Below are positions 9,219 through 17,780 of a stretch of DNA of 42,289 nt, piece by piece. Each line of letters starts with the position of its first letter. Within the stretch, counting starts at the first letter, position 1. The notes beneath the pieces were generated by a model, which made no database searches, was not told the origin of the DNA, and saw nothing but the letters and a program-made list of their open reading frames with translations. Position numbers and translations under genes: made by a program. This stretch comes from Flavobacteriales bacterium (GTDB taxonomy: Bacteria; Bacteroidota; Bacteroidia; Flavobacteriales_D; Sanyastnellaceae): positions 1 through 42,289 of the forward strand of contig JBIKSC010000001.1 in assembly GCA_044348775.1 (NCBI GenBank), written 5' to 3'.

Positions 9219-10036
9219 GATCTTCTCTCTATGGGTTTAACAGGTAAAAAACGATAGGCCATTCCTTCCATCAATCGTGTAAGGTTCTCACGTGTATTCC
9301 AATACCAACTCGAGCGCCAATGCCGCGGGTGAATCAATAGATGAACAACAGGTAAGTGCTTCCGAATGGCTTCCATGGGAGAAATGTTTCCGCGAAAATA
9401 GGCGGGATAGGTATGGTCGGAAATGTTGATGGAATAGCGCTCAGTAATTCGGGTTTCATATCCTTCATACTCAATAGCGCATCTGCGGAGCAGCGCCGCA
9501 TCTATAGGCGCATGATTGGGCATCTGTAATTTGCGATTCACGAAATCGCCATGACTTACCACGGAAACCATGGAGGAGCCCGCCAGCGATTCCATGCGTT
9601 TCAAATTGGCAACGAACGCTTCCTGTATGGCTACTTTATTTAACTCAATCGTTTCTCGATCTTTTATCCGATAGGTCTTGGCAAAATCTGCAAGCTCTTC
9701 ATAATGGTATCCACACTCGCCACCGGAAGCTACAACGGCCTTCATAATGGAAGGCTTAGCAGTAGTGAGGCGAAAAAAAAATGAGGTGTGCACACCCAAT
9801 TTCTGCTCCACCGCCAACCACTGAAGACAATAATCGGGATCGGTATCAATATCGTGTCGGACCAACAAAATTCGTTGCGATGGCAAAGACTGAGTGCCAA
9901 GTGCTGCTACAAAATCTCGGTGAGTCATCACAGTGTATCCTTCTTCCAAAGCAGTGCGCAACAACTCTTCATACTGCCCAATGCGATTGGGTATGAAGTA
10001 ATCGGAAATGATGCGATAGAGGAGCGATTTGATCAT
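9215..10036 (-). CDS. Polysaccharide deacetylase-like protein (divergent CE4 / WbmS-like)
   Basis: 273 aa with LLVRHDIDTD followed by HTSFFFRL and GYHYEE, and a later HGD. The layout is reminiscent of divergent polysaccharide deacetylases. The assignment is tentative. Confidence 0.5.
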   Translation of the reverse strand: MIKSLLYRIISDYFIPNRIGQYEELLRTALEEGYTVMTHRDFVAALGTQSLPSQRILLVRHDIDTDPDYCLQWLAVEQKLGVHTSFFFRLTTAKPSIMKAVVASGGECGYHYEELADFAKTYRIKDRETIELNKVAIQEAFVANLKRMESLAGSSMVSVVSHGDFVNRKLQMPNHAPIDAALLRRCAIEYEGYETRITERYSINISDHTYPAYFRGNISPMEAIRKHLPVVHLLIHPRHWRSSWYWNTRENLTRLMEGMAYRFLPVKPIERRS

Positions 10037-10722
10037 GCCGTAAAGTTCATTCGATAACGTTCAAATCCGATTCTGCGCTTGAACATCGCCAGTCCATTAT
10101 CGCTTCTTCCAAAGGTGTCGTACATAACATAACGCGCCTTGCGATTATCGACGCACGTCGAAACAAACTGAACCGAGAGCAAATACATCACATTATTCTT
10201 CAAATGCTCGTCGTGCCCGAGTATGCGGTTGATGAGCACCAAATCGTTCATGTGCACCGACCACAAATACGCCACAAGTTGTTGCGATGAATCGAAGACA
10301 CCATACCATTGATTTACGGCATCATCGGGCCAGCGTTCGAGCGGCTTCAGATAGGTTTCCCCCATCGCCTTGCCTTGCCTGTTTTGCGCCGAGTGATTAA
10401 TTTCATAAATGCTTTGCCAATAGTCATTGGGTGCTATCGCTCGGAATGTATAGCCCAACTTCTCGCAACGACGAGCAAAGTAATCGGCAGAATTTTTTCC
10501 CTTGACAGTTGCACGGTAACTCTCTGCCGTTTCGTATGCAGCCAAATCCAACACCGCACAATTGTATCGCTTGTTTCGCAAAAAGCCTTTGCGCCAAGAA
10601 CGCTTGTTGAAATACTGCAAACTGCGCTTTCCTTCTTCGCTGCTTCCCAGCGAGGCTTGTGCCTTGCGCTTTGGAAACAAGACTTCATCTATAAAAAAGC
10701 GCAGTTTCCGCATGCGGCTCAT
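10033..10722 (-). CDS. FemAB-like / GNAT-fold (Acetyltransf_6-like) acyl or aminoacyl transferase
   Basis: 229 aa. The C-terminal GLAMFKRRIGF resembles the GxxxFKxxFG signature at the end of FemAB/CelD-like GNAT proteins. It lies in the polysaccharide-locus context. Tentative. Confidence 0.45.
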   Translation of the reverse strand: MSRMRKLRFFIDEVLFPKRKAQASLGSSEEGKRSLQYFNKRSWRKGFLRNKRYNCAVLDLAAYETAESYRATVKGKNSADYFARRCEKLGYTFRAIAPNDYWQSIYEINHSAQNRQGKAMGETYLKPLERWPDDAVNQWYGVFDSSQQLVAYLWSVHMNDLVLINRILGHDEHLKNNVMYLLSVQFVSTCVDNRKARYVMYDTFGRSDNGLAMFKRRIGFERYRMNFTA

Positions 10723-11285
10723 CCGTTTTTCATATATGTTGAACGCAATTCAGGATGTGCATTGAGCACCGCTTGATCGCGTGTTTTCACATCGCCTACC
10801 GCTCGAGCCGGGCTTCCGCCAATGATTGTAAAATCAGGAAAATCGCCCTGAACATACGAGTGTGCCTGAACAATGCAGCCCTTACCAATACGAGTTCCTG
10901 GCATAATAATGCTTCCTGGACCCACGAATGTATACGCACCCAATTCAATAGATCCTACATGCAAACCTCCCTCGCTGCTCACGCTTCCATAATCGCTTCC
11001 TTCATACCGAATGCGGTCGTGACTCGAATGCGTAGTAAGCGTAACATGACTGGTTATCTGGCAGCCCTCCCCGATGCTGATTCCATGACTCGCTTCAATG
11101 AAATTGAAATGACCTATGTAAACATGGTCTTCCAGCTTCAAATTCTCCGGATAATCAATGAAAGTAGAACTGCCAATACGGAGGCCGGCCACAGATTCAC
11201 GTTGAAAATTTTTTGAATATGCGTGCATTCTCGGCTTGTAAAGAGCGCGCAACCAGCGTGATATATGATACATTAAGCGCGTCAT
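10719..11285 (-). CDS. Hexapeptide-repeat (left-handed beta-helix) O-acyltransferase
   Basis: It contains the repeats IGEGCQITSHVTLT and IELGAYTFVGPGSIIMPGTRIGKGCIVQAHSYV, typical of WcaF/maltose-O-acetyltransferase-like LbH enzymes. Confidence 0.8.
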   Translation of the reverse strand: MTRLMYHISRWLRALYKPRMHAYSKNFQRESVAGLRIGSSTFIDYPENLKLEDHVYIGHFNFIEASHGISIGEGCQITSHVTLTTHSSHDRIRYEGSDYGSVSSEGGLHVGSIELGAYTFVGPGSIIMPGTRIGKGCIVQAHSYVQGDFPDFTIIGGSPARAVGDVKTRDQAVLNAHPELRSTYMKNG

Positions 11286-12577
11286 GCCTTGGACTGAATT
11301 TCGGTTTTTTCAAACAAAATCGGATTCGCGGCTAGTCCCCATCCGATGGCAAAGATGACCAAGAATTTCGGATTTGTCAGCGGATTATTCGTTAAGGCAG
11401 TGATCCCAAGTAAAATCACAAGCATCAAAGGCATGGGCCTAACGAACCGACTTCGGCCACCTTGTATTAAAACGCCAATCACTAATGAAATGTAGCCCAG
11501 TAAACCCAAAATACCATAGCGCCACAGGTAATACATATACTCGCTCTCAGGATATATCTTCTCCTGATAAATGAACTCCTTGTTGGGTCCGTAACCCAGT
11601 ATAGGCCTTTCCTTCCACATATTAAACAATCGCTTCCAAATTTCAAAACGCGAGGATACAGAGTTATTCTGATCCAGTTGAAGGCGCGTATTTGACAAAT
11701 ACTTCATTGCATGTTGCTGCACCATTAGATCCAAAAGGAAAACTGAGCTCAACAAAATCAAGATTGAGAACAGCAATTTCTTCCAACTCCATTCAGCATA
11801 GCGCAGGCCTACCAATACCAGAAAACCGAATGCAACTATGCCGGTGCGAGATTGACATAAAAAAATAAGTAGTGAGCAAATAAGAATATTCCACTCATTA
11901 CCGGCTATTAAAAATCTACGCCGCTGACCAACTTGAGTAACTTGACGAACAATAAAACAAATCAGAAAAAAAAGAAACAAAATGGCATTGTCATTCGGGT
12001 TACCCATAGTACCGATAATCCGCCTGGAATCAGGCTCTCCGATCGAGTTCAGGCCAAATGTCGCTACATCCCGCCCATCATAATCATACCATGTTATTAG
12101 CCAATGGTTGATTGAAAACACATCGAATAAATGAAGAAGGTTGATTAGAACAAGAACTATGAATGAGGCTTGCAAGAACTCGTAAAATCGATATTGAAAA
12201 CGTGGTAACCGAAAAACATAGAATGCAAATACGTAGACCACGCACATTTTCAGAACCTTATACAACTCAAACAAATTTCTGACATCCGCATACTGGCCAT
12301 TTCTGACTATAGACATGGAAATAACAAGAAAAAGGAAACCTAAAGTCCACACCAAAAAATCCAATCGGTAGAAACGCACCCAAATCAATCGAAAAAACAT
12401 CAGAGGAACTAAAAACTCCTCCCATCCAATGTGCATTGAGGAAGTCAACGACAGATCGGGCACGAATAGCGTGGCGAAAAAAGCAATTAATAACAAGCCC
12501 TGGTCCATTGATGGTGCCTGGCCTGAAATGGCAGCTTCCGAAACGAAGATATTTCGTATGTGTTTACTAAAAGCCAT
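11282..12577 (-). CDS. O-antigen polymerase/ligase-like (Wzy-type) polytopic membrane protein
   Basis: 431 aa, very hydrophobic, with many predicted TM segments and one larger loop region. It sits between the flippase and the transferases. Confidence 0.65.
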   Translation of the reverse strand: MAFSKHIRNIFVSEAAISGQAPSMDQGLLLIAFFATLFVPDLSLTSSMHIGWEEFLVPLMFFRLIWVRFYRLDFLVWTLGFLFLVISMSIVRNGQYADVRNLFELYKVLKMCVVYVFAFYVFRLPRFQYRFYEFLQASFIVLVLINLLHLFDVFSINHWLITWYDYDGRDVATFGLNSIGEPDSRRIIGTMGNPNDNAILFLFFLICFIVRQVTQVGQRRRFLIAGNEWNILICSLLIFLCQSRTGIVAFGFLVLVGLRYAEWSWKKLLFSILILLSSVFLLDLMVQQHAMKYLSNTRLQLDQNNSVSSRFEIWKRLFNMWKERPILGYGPNKEFIYQEKIYPESEYMYYLWRYGILGLLGYISLVIGVLIQGGRSRFVRPMPLMLVILLGITALTNNPLTNPKFLVIFAIGWGLAANPILFEKTEIQSKA

Positions 12578-13871
12578 GAGCTTGTTTTTCGTCGTGCTTA
12601 TTTAACCAACGCAGATATACTATCAACAATAGAACAAACCAACCTGCAAGCATATTGGACGAAAGTGTTAGTGACCACTCGAAGTCCGAAGCCGCAGATT
12701 GATTAGCGAAATAGGATAAAACAAAAGGGCCAACTTGTATCGCAGCGCTGCAAATGCTAAAAAAAAGAGCATACCGTTGCTTCTTCAATACCAACGGAAC
12801 AACAGCCAAGGGCGAGAATATAAAATTGAGCATTAACCAAAAAGTCATTAACTCAGCATACCTCCCTGCATCATACCACTGAGACCCAAAAACCCACACA
12901 AAAATCTCTTGACCATACAATCGCAATGCTCCAAAAGGCAAAATTGATAACGCAATCAAGACACCTATCAATTTCAAAACAAATCCATGCATTCGCTTGC
13001 CTTCATTGCTTCGGCTTGCCAACTGACTATACAACACCTGGCTCAATGAACCGCTAACCAACATAATTGGAAGTGAAAGCATCGCAAGCGCATGGCTGTA
13101 TGAACCAAATATGGCTGCCGAGTAAAAACCGAATACGACCGCGCCAATCAACAAATCACGCATATTATCCACCAAAACAATGGGCAGATTCATCATCGGA
13201 AAATCGCGGTGCTCTCTGAGCAGCACACGAGTTTTCGATTTGGAGGACAGCTTGCTGAACTGAGCCTTCAATCGCCTGTAGCCCAGAATGAATCTTAATG
13301 ATGAACTCACATACCCGATAACCGTTGCCAGTATTAACCCCCAGCCACCCATCTGCATAAAGGCAAACAACCATTTCAACCCATTTGAAACAACAGAGTT
13401 GGTCAATTTTTGATTAGTAACCGCTCTAAAATCGGAAACGCGTATAGACCAATTAGTGCCCAAGTTTATTACTACCAAAAAAGCAACTGATACAAATACA
13501 ATGGCGATTTGCCCAGTAGACACCGACCAATTTGGAAAGACATAACGCGCAACGAATGCAATGAGCAAGAAAAAAAAAGAAACGTAAAACGTAATTAGAA
13601 ACGATTGACGATAGATTAAAAATGCGTGCGAATCCCTTTTGGGTAAAGGGAGTGACATTTCATAGCGCAACGTAGCTACGGCAGACAAAAATCCGGTCAC
13701 TCGCAAAAACAGATTCAACTCACCCATTTCTTCCGGCGTGTATAATCTCGTGAGTAAAGGTGCTAGCGCATATCCAATTGCCTGCGCCAAAAAGGTTCCG
13801 GACAACAACACGTAAAACCGCTTCGCGATTTCCGAATTCATATATGACTTTACACGCTCGATAGAAACCAT
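12567..13871 (-). CDS. Polysaccharide flippase (Wzx, MOP superfamily)
   Basis: 434 aa with roughly 12 hydrophobic segments. It is the first gene of the co-oriented overlapping cluster, and its N-terminus (FYVLLSGTFLAQAIGYALAPLLTRLYTPEEMG) is typical of Wzx-type polysaccharide biosynthesis proteins. Confidence 0.75.
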   Translation of the reverse strand: MVSIERVKSYMNSEIAKRFYVLLSGTFLAQAIGYALAPLLTRLYTPEEMGELNLFLRVTGFLSAVATLRYEMSLPLPKRDSHAFLIYRQSFLITFYVSFFFLLIAFVARYVFPNWSVSTGQIAIVFVSVAFLVVINLGTNWSIRVSDFRAVTNQKLTNSVVSNGLKWLFAFMQMGGWGLILATVIGYVSSSLRFILGYRRLKAQFSKLSSKSKTRVLLREHRDFPMMNLPIVLVDNMRDLLIGAVVFGFYSAAIFGSYSHALAMLSLPIMLVSGSLSQVLYSQLASRSNEGKRMHGFVLKLIGVLIALSILPFGALRLYGQEIFVWVFGSQWYDAGRYAELMTFWLMLNFIFSPLAVVPLVLKKQRYALFFSICSAAIQVGPFVLSYFANQSAASDFEWSLTLSSNMLAGWFVLLLIVYLRWLNKHDEKQAHGF

Positions 13872-13967
13872 CTCAAGAAACTACAATCATCCTAATTGCG
13901 ATTTGAAAAATATGTCATTCATAGAGCTGACAACTAATGGATTCCATCACTTCTTAACAACCGCACG

Positions 13968-14008
13968 TTCTGTACAAACAAAACATCCGGATTCCACCTT
14001 GTACAGAA
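13968..14008 (-). terminator. Perfect 10-bp inverted repeat (TTCTGTACAA ... TTGTACAGAA) with a 21-nt loop, downstream of aroE
   Basis: Read directly from the sequence. No clear U-tract follows on the minus strand, so terminator function is only a possibility. Confidence 0.3.
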
Positions 14009-14039
14009 TGATTTCTTGGGGGCGAATACATATCGTCCG

Positions 14040-14810
14040 CTATTTATCGACAACGGAGTCATTCCAAATCTCCCAGCTCCTCTCGGCCTGCTGCACCAGC
14101 ATAGCATAGCCGTTCATCGTTTTCGCGCCGGCTAAACGACCGAGGCGCAGAAAAGTAGTTTCCTCCGGATTATATACTAGGTCATACAGAAAATGCTTCT
14201 CCGATAGACCTTCGTAAGGCAAGAACGGACATGCATCTATATCCGGATAAGTTCCCAAAGGCGTAGTATTAATGATGAGCGGAAAATGATGCATCACTTC
14301 CGCCTTCAACACATCATAACTCAGCTCCTGCTCTCCACGTGGAGTGCGACTTACAAAATGAAATGGTATTCCCCATTTGCGCAACACATAGGCCACAGCC
14401 TTCGATGCACCTCCGGTTCCCAGAATCAACGCACGCTCATAATGATTTTCAAGAAACGGCTTAATGCTCATTTCGAAACCAAAAACATCCGTATTGAATC
14501 CGCTCAGAATACCATCGCGAACGCGAATACAATTCACAGCGCCTATCTCACCGGCAACGTCATCCATTTCATGCAAAAACGGAATTACGCTCTCCTTATA
14601 GGGAATAGTCACATTGAGTCCCGCTAGTGCCGCATTACCTTGAACAAGAGCATTAAAAAGAGAAATATCTGCTATCGAAAAATTCTCATAACGACAATTA
14701 AGATCATTCCTTTCCGCAAAACGCTTGGTAAAATACCCCTTTGAAAAAGAATGCACCAGTGGATAACCCACCAAACCAAATAATCGATTTTTCTCGTTTG
14801 AATCGACCAA
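14040..14810 (-). CDS. aroE: Shikimate dehydrogenase
   Basis: The substrate-binding N-terminus FGLVGYPLVHSFSKGYF and the NADP glycine motif ILGTGGASKAV are both present. 256 aa. Confidence 0.85.
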   Translation of the reverse strand: MVDSNEKNRLFGLVGYPLVHSFSKGYFTKRFAERNDLNCRYENFSIADISLFNALVQGNAALAGLNVTIPYKESVIPFLHEMDDVAGEIGAVNCIRVRDGILSGFNTDVFGFEMSIKPFLENHYERALILGTGGASKAVAYVLRKWGIPFHFVSRTPRGEQELSYDVLKAEVMHHFPLIINTTPLGTYPDIDACPFLPYEGLSEKHFLYDLVYNPEETTFLRLGRLAGAKTMNGYAMLVQQAERSWEIWNDSVVDK

Positions 14811-14816
14811 GTCAGA

Positions 14817-15458
14817 TTACGATTTTTTCAATTTAGCCTTTACAACTCCAATGATTATCGGCAGTATCGAAACGCCTATGATTCCGAACACGACGACCTC
14901 AAAATTATTCTTCACAATTTCAAAACCACCGCATGTATATCCCAACAACGTGATACCCACTACCCACAAGACTGCACCCAAAAAACACACTGTAATGTAT
15001 CGACGATAAGGCATATTACCTGCGCCGGCTACAAATGGCGCTATGGTACGTACAATCGGAACGAAGCGCGCCATGATGATGGCTTGACGACCATACTTCT
15101 CATAAAACGCCTCTGTCTGCGTGATGTACTCTCGCTTAAAAAACAAGATTCGATCTCGTTTCTTGATCTGTTCACTGAAAAACTTGCCGACGAAATAATT
15201 CACATTGTCGCCGCAAAGCGCCGCTAAAATGAGTAAGGGCATAATGACCCACACATTCAACCCCTCATTGTTGTTGGCTGCTGCAATGGCTCCCGCTGCA
15301 AACAACAATGAATCGCCCGGCAGCAAAGGCATTACAATAAAACCAGTTTCTACAAATACAATTAAAAACAAGATGGCATACACATACATTCCATAGTCGG
15401 CAACCATGGCCATCAAGTGCTCATCGATATGAAGTACAAAGTCTATTAAGGTTGACAT
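14817..15458 (-). CDS. DedA family membrane protein
   Basis: It has the LLPGDSLLFAAG motif, multiple TM segments and YGRQAIIMARFVPIVRT. I chose ATG 15458 (MSTLIDF) over the ORF maximum at 15506. Confidence 0.8.
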   Translation of the reverse strand: MSTLIDFVLHIDEHLMAMVADYGMYVYAILFLIVFVETGFIVMPLLPGDSLLFAAGAIAAANNNEGLNVWVIMPLLILAALCGDNVNYFVGKFFSEQIKKRDRILFFKREYITQTEAFYEKYGRQAIIMARFVPIVRTIAPFVAGAGNMPYRRYITVCFLGAVLWVVGITLLGYTCGGFEIVKNNFEVVVFGIIGVSILPIIIGVVKAKLKKS

Positions 15459-15551
15459 AGTGTGGATTAAATTGAAATGATTAAAAAAACAAAAGCGATG
15501 CACCACAATGAATCATTGAAATGCACCGCCATTGCGATAGTTTACTAGTTA

Positions 15552-16862
15552 TTATTCTTCCTCCGCATCAAAGAACTCCTTAATGCGACTTAAAAATCCT
15601 TGCGTGTCTTTCGTTTCGCGAACCTTGTCACTTAGTGTGACCTTGCTCTTCTTATCCGCAGCAGCCTGAGCTACAGACGGTATTTCGATGTTGCCTGTTC
15701 CAGTTACAGGATTGAACTTCTCAAGTCCGTGAATAACCAAGCCTACACCCGTACTCATAGCCGGTATAAGGAGATTCTCATTCTTAGCCTTCACCACGTG
15801 CTCATTCGGATAACCAATGCGGCAATCCATGCCCGTGATGTATTCCACCAGTTGCTTCATATGCTTCAGCTGCGATCCGCCACCGGTAAGCACAATGCCA
15901 CCAATGAGTTGCTTCTCAAAACCGCTGTTGCGGATTTCCCAATACACGTGCTCGATAATCTCGTCCATGCGAGCCTGAATAATCTGCGAAAGATTCTTCA
16001 GAGAAATCTCCTTCGGTTCACGTCCTTTCAGACCGGGAATACAGACAATCTCGTTATCTCTGTTCTCTGTAGCAAGCGCACTGCCGAATTTGACTTTCAG
16101 CAATTCAGCATGATTACGCATGATAGTGCAGCCTTGCTTGATATCCTCGGTAATGATATTACCTCCGAAAGGAATAACTGCCGTATGACGAATGATTCCA
16201 TCCTGGAAAATCGCAACATCCGTTGTACCACCACCTATATCGACAAGAACTACCCCTGCTTCCTTCTCTTCTTCACTCAACACGGCTGCAGCACTTCCCA
16301 GTGGCTCAAGCGTAAGAGCATCAACATTCAAACCGGCCTTAGTCACACACTTGTAAATGTTGCGAATTGCCGTAATCTGACCGGTGATGATGTGAAAGTT
16401 AGCCTCGAGGCGCGTTCCGCACATACCAATCGGATCCTTGATGCCTGTTTCGCTATCAACAGTGTACTCCTGAGGTAAAGCATGGATAATTTCTTCACCA
16501 GGAAGCATAACCAGCTTATGCATATCCTCAATCAACGCATCGATATCCGTGCGTGAAATTTCTTCCTCCTGGTTGCGACGTGTGCGCATACCACGATGTT
16601 GCAAGCTCTTGATGTGCTGGCCTGCAATACCTACGTTCACCAACCGTATGTTGACACCGCTCTCTCGCTCAGCTTCTTCAACCGCTGCGCGAATGCTCTG
16701 AACTGTTTTCTCGATATTCGAAACAACGCCGCGCGTAACGCCGATACTCTCGCTCTTGCCAATACCGAGAATCTCGATTTTATTGTTCTCCATTTTACGG
16801 CCAACCAAACACGCAATCTTGGTGGTTCCGATGTCTAAGCCAACTACGATCTCTGAATTCAT
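15552..16862 (-). CDS. ftsA: Cell division protein FtsA (actin-like ATPase)
   Basis: VGLDIGTTKIACLVG and VDIGGGTTDVAIF phosphate-binding motifs are present, and it lies downstream of ftsQ. Confidence 0.95.
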   Translation of the reverse strand: MNSEIVVGLDIGTTKIACLVGRKMENNKIEILGIGKSESIGVTRGVVSNIEKTVQSIRAAVEEAERESGVNIRLVNVGIAGQHIKSLQHRGMRTRRNQEEEISRTDIDALIEDMHKLVMLPGEEIIHALPQEYTVDSETGIKDPIGMCGTRLEANFHIITGQITAIRNIYKCVTKAGLNVDALTLEPLGSAAAVLSEEEKEAGVVLVDIGGGTTDVAIFQDGIIRHTAVIPFGGNIITEDIKQGCTIMRNHAELLKVKFGSALATENRDNEIVCIPGLKGREPKEISLKNLSQIIQARMDEIIEHVYWEIRNSGFEKQLIGGIVLTGGGSQLKHMKQLVEYITGMDCRIGYPNEHVVKAKNENLLIPAMSTGVGLVIHGLEKFNPVTGTGNIEIPSVAQAAADKKSKVTLSDKVRETKDTQGFLSRIKEFFDAEEE

Positions 16863-16865
16863 AGG

Positions 16866-16902
16866 GTTATTCGTTTTCTGTTATTCAATTTTTCGGTTAT
16901 TC
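16866..16902 (-). repeat. Three direct copies of GTTATTC (minus strand GAATAAC), spaced 14 and 16 nt apart, filling the ftsQ-ftsA spacer
   Basis: Read directly. The copies are at 16866-16872, 16880-16886 and 16896-16902. Confidence 0.7.
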
Positions 16903-16908
16903 AAACTA

Positions 16909-17745
16909 CTATCGCTTCACCCCTACAACCTGCCCGTTGTATTGGGCCTGAAGAGTGCTGAAACGATCCAAATCATCTGCTACAACCACATGCTCATAAA
17001 AAGCACGAAGCTTTTTCAATTTGCTGTCGAGGTGATAGATGTAGCCTACATTGACACGCTGATTTCCCACACGTGGTATAATCTCAAATTCTCCTGCGCC
17101 ATTCACATACACATGTTCTATCTGCGCACACCAAAAAGTATCGCGTGCCACTATTTCTGTAAACTGATAGATCTCGTCCAACGTTGTGTTTCGCGCCAAA
17201 CTATCCGGAAAATTCACCGAAACACTTTCACTGCGCAATCCATCCGCTATCTCGCCTGTGAATACCGGCAGCTTGACCGTGGTGAGCTGCGAAAGCTCCA
17301 TGGTATAGCCATCTGCGTCGAGATAATAACTTTCGCCGCTTCGATTGAAAATGCGTGCAATCGGGGTGCGCTGCTTCACTTGAATCACGCATCGTCCATC
17401 GACTGTGGTATAAACATGCGCCTCACGAACCGAAGAATTCGCCGATACCGCGCGATGTATAGCGCCTAGATCAACCTCGTTCAATGCTTTGCCAACAATC
17501 ACATCCGTGGCACTATCGGCTATTGCAGAGATCTGTTGCTCGTCAATGAACTTTCTACCATCATTCGACTCCACCTGCACTTCTAACTTCCAGCAGCGAG
17601 TATCACTCTGCTTCTTGCCCACAAAACCAAGAGCCACAAAAAGCCCAATCGCTCCTACAATAGCAAGCGAGTACACAACCATCACACGCAGTTTCTTGCG
17701 CCTCTCGATGTTTTTAATGAAGATATTTCCTGTCTCCTTCGTCAT
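16909..17745 (-). CDS. ftsQ: Cell division protein FtsQ
   Basis: It has a single N-terminal TM segment (VMVVYSLAIVGAIGLFVALGFV) and a POTRA-like region, and lies between murC and ftsA. Confidence 0.85.
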   Translation of the reverse strand: MTKETGNIFIKNIERRKKLRVMVVYSLAIVGAIGLFVALGFVGKKQSDTRCWKLEVQVESNDGRKFIDEQQISAIADSATDVIVGKALNEVDLGAIHRAVSANSSVREAHVYTTVDGRCVIQVKQRTPIARIFNRSGESYYLDADGYTMELSQLTTVKLPVFTGEIADGLRSESVSVNFPDSLARNTTLDEIYQFTEIVARDTFWCAQIEHVYVNGAGEFEIIPRVGNQRVNVGYIYHLDSKLKKLRAFYEHVVVADDLDRFSTLQAQYNGQVVGVKR

Positions 17746-17780
17746 GAGTTTTGGCTGGTAACGGAAGGAAAACCCACCGT

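Noticed and set aside
15459-15506. 16-codon N-terminal extension of dedA (MVHRFCFFNHFNLIHT)
   Set aside because: The sequence looks unlike a protein and lies in an AT-rich spacer. MSTLIDF at 15458 gives a normal DedA N-terminus.
15729-17469. Long plus-strand ORFs (249 aa and 237 aa) antisense to ftsA and ftsQ
   Set aside because: They lie entirely within well-supported dcw genes on the other strand. Their products are low-complexity with no recognisable motifs. They are typical shadow ORFs.
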